Part shown: positions 60,060 to 64,000 of the stretch, piece by piece
Layout: every line of letters starts with the position of its first letter
Numbering within the stretch: the first letter of the stretch is position 1
Assembly: GCA_040390065.1 (NCBI GenBank)
Contig: JAZJZE010000009.1
Span: 64,001-128,000 of the forward strand
DNA: 64,000 nt
Source: a bacterium
GTDB taxonomy: Archaea; Thermoplasmatota; E2; JACPAO01; JAHFTW01
Reading direction: 5' to 3'
Notes under the pieces: generated by a model
The model's database searches: none
What the model was told of the DNA's origin: nothing
What the model saw: only the letters and a program-made list of their open reading frames with translations
Translations under genes and position numbers: made by a program

Positions 60060-61538
60060 CTACTTCAGGCCACCGGCGGGAAAGGCGCGAACCGCGCGAA
60101 GGGCGAGCCGCCATGCGGCGACGCGGCGCTTGACCTCGCTTGCCGCCATGCGCGGCCGTACCGTCGAGTCACCGCTACGCGGCCGGCGCACATCGGCGAT
60201 GCCCCACAAGTCGACGGCCATGCCGGCCAGGTAGGCAGCGCCCATCGCCGTCGTCTCCACGTTGGCCGGCCGCACGACGGGCCGCGCCAGGATGTCGGCC
60301 TGGAACTGCAGAAGCGGTGCGCTCTGGCTGGCGCCGCCGTCGGCGCGCAGGCGAGGGATGCGTGTCCCCGAGTCCTTCTCCATCGCCCAGAGCACGTCGG
60401 CGGACTGCAAGGCGATGCCCTCGAGGGCTGCGCGCGCGATGTGGCGGCGGTCGGAGCCGCGCGTCAGGCCGAGGATGGCGCCGCGGGCCGCCGGGTCCCA
60501 GTGGGGGGCCCCGAGCCCGGTGAAGGCGGGGACGACGTGGACGCCGCCGGCGTCGTCCACCTCGGCGGCAAGCTTGTCGACCTCGGGGGCCGCCCGGATC
60601 ATGCCGAGCTGGTCGCGCATCCATTGGATGGCGGCCCCTGCCGTGAAGACGGAGCCTTCGAGCGCGAACTGGGCCTTGCCGGTGGAGGCCGCCCGCGTCG
60701 AGAGGAGGCCGTGGCGACTGCGCACCTTCGACGCGCCCGTGTGCTGCAGCAGAAAGCAGCCGGTGCCGTACGTGTTCTTGGCTTCGCCGGCGCGGGTGCA
60801 GCCTTGGCCGAAGAGCGCTGACTGTTGGTCGCCGACGAGCGAGGCCACGGGCACGGCGGGGCCTGCGACGTCGGTCGTGCCGATGGTGCCGGAGGACGGC
60901 ACGATCTCCGGCAGCATCGCAGCGGGGACGCCGAACAGATCGAGCATCTCCTGGTCCCATGTGCCGCGCTCGAGGTCCATGAGCAGCGTCCGGCTTGCAT
61001 TCGTGGCGTCGGTTACGTGCCGGCCGGTCAAGTTCCATGCGAGCCACGAATCGATGGTGCCGAACGCGAGTCGCCCTTCCTTGGCTCGCAGCCGCAGCCG
61101 GTCGTCGCGCAGCAGCCATTGAACCTTGGTCGCCGAGAAGTAAGGGTCGAGGACCAATCCGGTGCGGCGGCGCACGGCGGCCTCCCAGCGCGGCTTCAAC
61201 TTGGCGCACACGTCCGCAGTACGCCGGTCCTGCCACACAATTGCAGGCGCCACGGGTTTCCCGGTACGCCGGTCCCATACGACGGTCGTCTCGCGTTGGT
61301 TGGTGACGCCGATGGCAGAGAGTTGGTTGGCACCGATGCGCGCCGCGGCGATGGCCTCGGCCATGGTCTGCCGTGTGAGGTGCCAGATGGCCTGCGCGTC
61401 CTGCTCGACCCAACCGGGCTGCGGATACGATTGCGGCACCTCGCGATACGCCCGCGCCACGACCGCCCCTTCGGCATCGACGACGAGCGACGTGACCCCC
61501 GTCGTCCCCTCGTCCACGGCCAGCACGAAGCCCTTCAC
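60060..61538 (-). CDS. glpK: Glycerol kinase
   Basis: DEGTT, PQPGWVEQD, TNQRETT, VWQDRRT, DPYFSATK, GDQQSALFG, KNTYGTGCF and PAFTGLGAPHW. Confidence 0.96.
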   Translation of the reverse strand: MKGFVLAVDEGTTGVTSLVVDAEGAVVARAYREVPQSYPQPGWVEQDAQAIWHLTRQTMAEAIAAARIGANQLSAIGVTNQRETTVVWDRRTGKPVAPAIVWQDRRTADVCAKLKPRWEAAVRRRTGLVLDPYFSATKVQWLLRDDRLRLRAKEGRLAFGTIDSWLAWNLTGRHVTDATNASRTLLMDLERGTWDQEMLDLFGVPAAMLPEIVPSSGTIGTTDVAGPAVPVASLVGDQQSALFGQGCTRAGEAKNTYGTGCFLLQHTGASKVRSRHGLLSTRAASTGKAQFALEGSVFTAGAAIQWMRDQLGMIRAAPEVDKLAAEVDDAGGVHVVPAFTGLGAPHWDPAARGAILGLTRGSDRRHIARAALEGIALQSADVLWAMEKDSGTRIPRLRADGGASQSAPLLQFQADILARPVVRPANVETTAMGAAYLAGMAVDLWGIADVRRPRSGDSTVRPRMAASEVKRRVAAWRLALRAVRAFPAGGLK

Positions 61539-61597
61539 GCCGCCGGCACCGCCGCCGGGCCCATCAAGGCTTTGTCGCGCACGCGCGTGCCGCGCCT

Positions 61598-62638
61598 GTG
61601 CCCCTCTTCGCAGGACGCATCCTGCTGGCCGATGCGGCCGTGGAGGGATGGCTCGAAGTCGAAGGAGGGCGCATCGCGGGGTGGGGGGAAGGCCCGCCGC
61701 CAGAAAAGCCGCAGGCGCGCGGCTGGATCGTCCCATCCCCCGCCAATGCTCACACGCATGTGGCGGACGCGTTCCTACGCGCCGTGCCCGGCAAGCCACG
61801 GGGCGTTGCCGAACTTGTCGGCCCAGGCGGCTGGAAGCAGACCCGCTTGGCCGCGGCAACTGCCCAACAGGTCGTGGCCGGCGTGCACTCCTACGCGGAC
61901 GAGATGGCCGCCGTCGGGACCGCCGCCTTCGTCGACTTCCGGGAGGGCGGCGTCGCGGGAGCCTCTCTGTTGCGCGAGGTGGCCGGCGAGCTTGCCCTGG
62001 CGTGCATGATCCTCGGCAGGCCGATGAAGAACGATTTCAACGCGGAAGAGGCGCAGGCCCTCTTGCCGGTTGTCGACGGCATCGGGCTCTCCGCCTTGCG
62101 GGACTTCCCGAAGGCGTCCGACGCCGCCGACTGGGCCGAGGCGGCGCGGGCTGCCCGCAAGCCCTTCGCGTTGCATGTCAGCGAAGGTCGCCGCGAGGAG
62201 CCGGGCGCCGTGCTTGCGCTCGTGCCGTCGTTCGTCGTGCATGCCACCCAGGCGACGGGACGCGACCTGGCGGCCTTCGCCGACGAGGACGTGCCAATCG
62301 TGGTCTGCCCACGCAGCAATGCCTACTACGGCCTGCGCACACCCGTTGCGGCCATGCGTAACGCCGGCGTGACCATCGCAGTCGGCACGGACAACGGCAT
62401 GCTGCAGGACGGCGACCTGCTGCGCGAGCTGGCACAGATTCGCTCGTGGGAGCCGGGCCTGGGCGACGAGGATCTGCTTCGCATGATGACATGGAACGGC
62501 CGCCGCGTGGCGCGCCTGCAGACGGCGCCGCCGCGCAAGGGCGCCGCCGCGGACTGGATCGTGCTGCCCGAGCGGGCCATCCCGCCAGCCCCCGAACGCC
62601 GACCAGGCTTCGCATTCCCCATGGAGGGCCCGCCGTGA
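61598..62638 (+). CDS. Amidohydrolase superfamily metallo-hydrolase (deaminase-like)
   Basis: NAHTH, LHVSE, VHAT, CPRSN and VGTDN metal-binding motifs. Confidence 0.85.
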   Translation: MPLFAGRILLADAAVEGWLEVEGGRIAGWGEGPPPEKPQARGWIVPSPANAHTHVADAFLRAVPGKPRGVAELVGPGGWKQTRLAAATAQQVVAGVHSYADEMAAVGTAAFVDFREGGVAGASLLREVAGELALACMILGRPMKNDFNAEEAQALLPVVDGIGLSALRDFPKASDAADWAEAARAARKPFALHVSEGRREEPGAVLALVPSFVVHATQATGRDLAAFADEDVPIVVCPRSNAYYGLRTPVAAMRNAGVTIAVGTDNGMLQDGDLLRELAQIRSWEPGLGDEDLLRMMTWNGRRVARLQTAPPRKGAAADWIVLPERAIPPAPERRPGFAFPMEGPP

Positions 62639-63279
62639 AGCGCGTTCCGGATTCCGTCGACGTGCCGTGGCGCGAACTCGGTGCGCTCCTGTCCCATCCT
62701 CTCGTGCAGGGCGCTGGCACCATCCAAGTCGTCTCCCGCCAGCAGTTCTGGGACGAAGACGGCCTGCCCTTCCGGTTCGAGGGCGGCGGCTCCATCTGCC
62801 ACATCGTGCCGGACCGCGGCTTTCGCAAGGAGGCGCTGGCCGGCTCCGAGGACGAACGTCTGCTCATCGTCGATTGCCCCGACGACGAGGGCTGGCTTGT
62901 GCCCGAGGACGTCGTCGCGGACTGGATGGCCCGCAACGTCACGGTCCCCGCCCTCGACGACGTTCTGCTGTCGCATCGCCTCTACGAGTACCTGACCCAT
63001 CCGGACGACGAGGGCCTGTCGCGCGGCGGCAAGGGCGACCTCGTGCAGTGGGCTCCGGGGCTGCCGCACCTGGCCAGCATCGCGGCGCCGGAGTTCTTGC
63101 CCAACGACCCGGAAGCCCCAAGGGTGAACCGCGACCGCCGCACGTACGCGGCCGCCGTGAAGGACCTGCTGCGGCAACTGGAGCGACGCTTCGAACTCGA
63201 AGAGATCGAGGTCGGCGTGCGCTTCGGCAAGCCCCCGGCCGCCCCAGAGGACGACCCGGAAGGCGCCGGGGCGGCGTGA
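62635..63279 (+). CDS. Hypothetical acidic protein
   Basis: GTGA overlap with the amidohydrolase stop; typical codon usage. Confidence 0.65.
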   Translation: MKRVPDSVDVPWRELGALLSHPLVQGAGTIQVVSRQQFWDEDGLPFRFEGGGSICHIVPDRGFRKEALAGSEDERLLIVDCPDDEGWLVPEDVVADWMARNVTVPALDDVLLSHRLYEYLTHPDDEGLSRGGKGDLVQWAPGLPHLASIAAPEFLPNDPEAPRVNRDRRTYAAAVKDLLRQLERRFELEEIEVGVRFGKPPAAPEDDPEGAGAA

Positions 63280-63331
63280 ATCCGGCTACGCAAGGCCGCA
63301 CCGCCGAGTTGTCCGGCGACGGCGCCTCACA

Positions 63332-63447
63332 CGAGGTGGCCGCGTGGCTGAGTGTGGGCGGCCTGGGAGAACCGTGAACGCAGGAAAATGGGTGAAACGT
63401 GTTTTCCTGGTTTCGCAAGGTTCACTGATTTTCCAGGCCTCCCCCAC
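63332..63447 (-). repeat. Intergenic palindromic repeat family, copy F (core 63352-63447)
   Basis: CGAGGTGGCCGCGTGGCTG module, then the GTGTGGGCGGCCTGGGAGAAC arm; inner stems GTGAAC/GTTCAC and CAGGAAAA/TTTTCCTG. Confidence 0.8.
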
Positions 63448-63659
63448 CGGCCGCGAGGGCGACGACGCCATCGGTTTCATCGGTTGGCAGGTCGGGCCAA
63501 GCCTGCCACGACCGATTCATCCCAAACTGGCGAGGCCGCCGTCGGAGCCTGACGAAGCGCTCAGCCGTCCTCAGGCAGCAGGCATTCCAGCCCTTCGGGA
63601 AATCCGTGCTTCGGCAGGCTGGCGTTGCCGTTTTCTATCCCGTCCCCGTCGCAGCCGTC

Positions 63660-64000
63660 GTGCCGGACAAGACCGACCTCGTGATGGACCTCGCCAAGCG
63701 CCGCGGCTTCCTCTGGCCGAGCTACGACATCTACGGCGGCGCCGCCGGCTTCTGCGACTACGGGCCGCTCGGGGCCGCGATGAAGAAACGCTTCGAGGAC
63801 CTGTGGCGCCACATCTTCGTGGCGACGGAGGAGACGCCGATGGCGGAGATCTTCTGCCCGCGTGTGACGCCGAGTGAAGTCCTCGAGGCGTCCGGCCACG
63901 TCGCCGAGTTCACGGACGTCGTCGTAAAGTGCGCCAAGGGCCACCCGAGCCGCGCCGACCACCTCGTCACCGCAGCGGGTTACAAGGGCAATGCGGGCGT
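63660..64000 (+). CDS. glyS: Glycine--tRNA ligase (archaeal/eukaryal alpha2 type), 5' part; runs off the window
   Basis: LAKRRGFLWPSYDIYGG.AGF.DYGPLG, VLEASGHV.EFTD and RADHL. Confidence 0.92.
   Translation, partial: MPDKTDLVMDLAKRRGFLWPSYDIYGGAAGFCDYGPLGAAMKKRFEDLWRHIFVATEETPMAEIFCPRVTPSEVLEASGHVAEFTDVVVKCAKGHPSRADHLVTAAGYKGNAG

Overview
High-GC archaeal chromosome segment. It most likely belongs to Thermoplasmatota (inference), based on deoxyhypusine synthase, an archaeal/eukaryal-type GlyRS, a tRNA-Gly with A73 and no encoded CCA, TATA-like boxes about 25-31 nt before start codons, and an 11-subunit complex I. Most genes are housekeeping or metabolic: korAB, pyrG, aquaporin, peroxiredoxin, gdhA, two Lrp regulators, dhs, ahcY plus a PfkB kinase, purC, trxB, metG, pirin, nuoABCDHIJKLMN, topA, a class-III aminotransferase, glpK and partial glyS. 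These are interspersed with secreted and lipoprotein genes. Most notable features: (1) a modular REP/REPIN-like family of intergenic palindromes, with 7 cores in 64 kb, compensatory base changes and exchanged inner stems; (2) a 103-bp tandem array built from the 3' end of tRNA-Gly(TCC) that shares a 12-mer with that family; (3) three tandem IgGFc-binding/PKD/TSP3 surface proteins with a shared promoter motif; (4) a complex I operon lacking nuoEFG, flanked by NDUFAF7/MidA-like and Nfu-like genes, with lineage-specific extensions in NuoC, NuoJ and NuoN; (5) a G15 tract upstream of a secreted-protein gene pair. No CRISPR array, transposase or integrase was seen. All calls come from manual motif recognition; no database searches were run.
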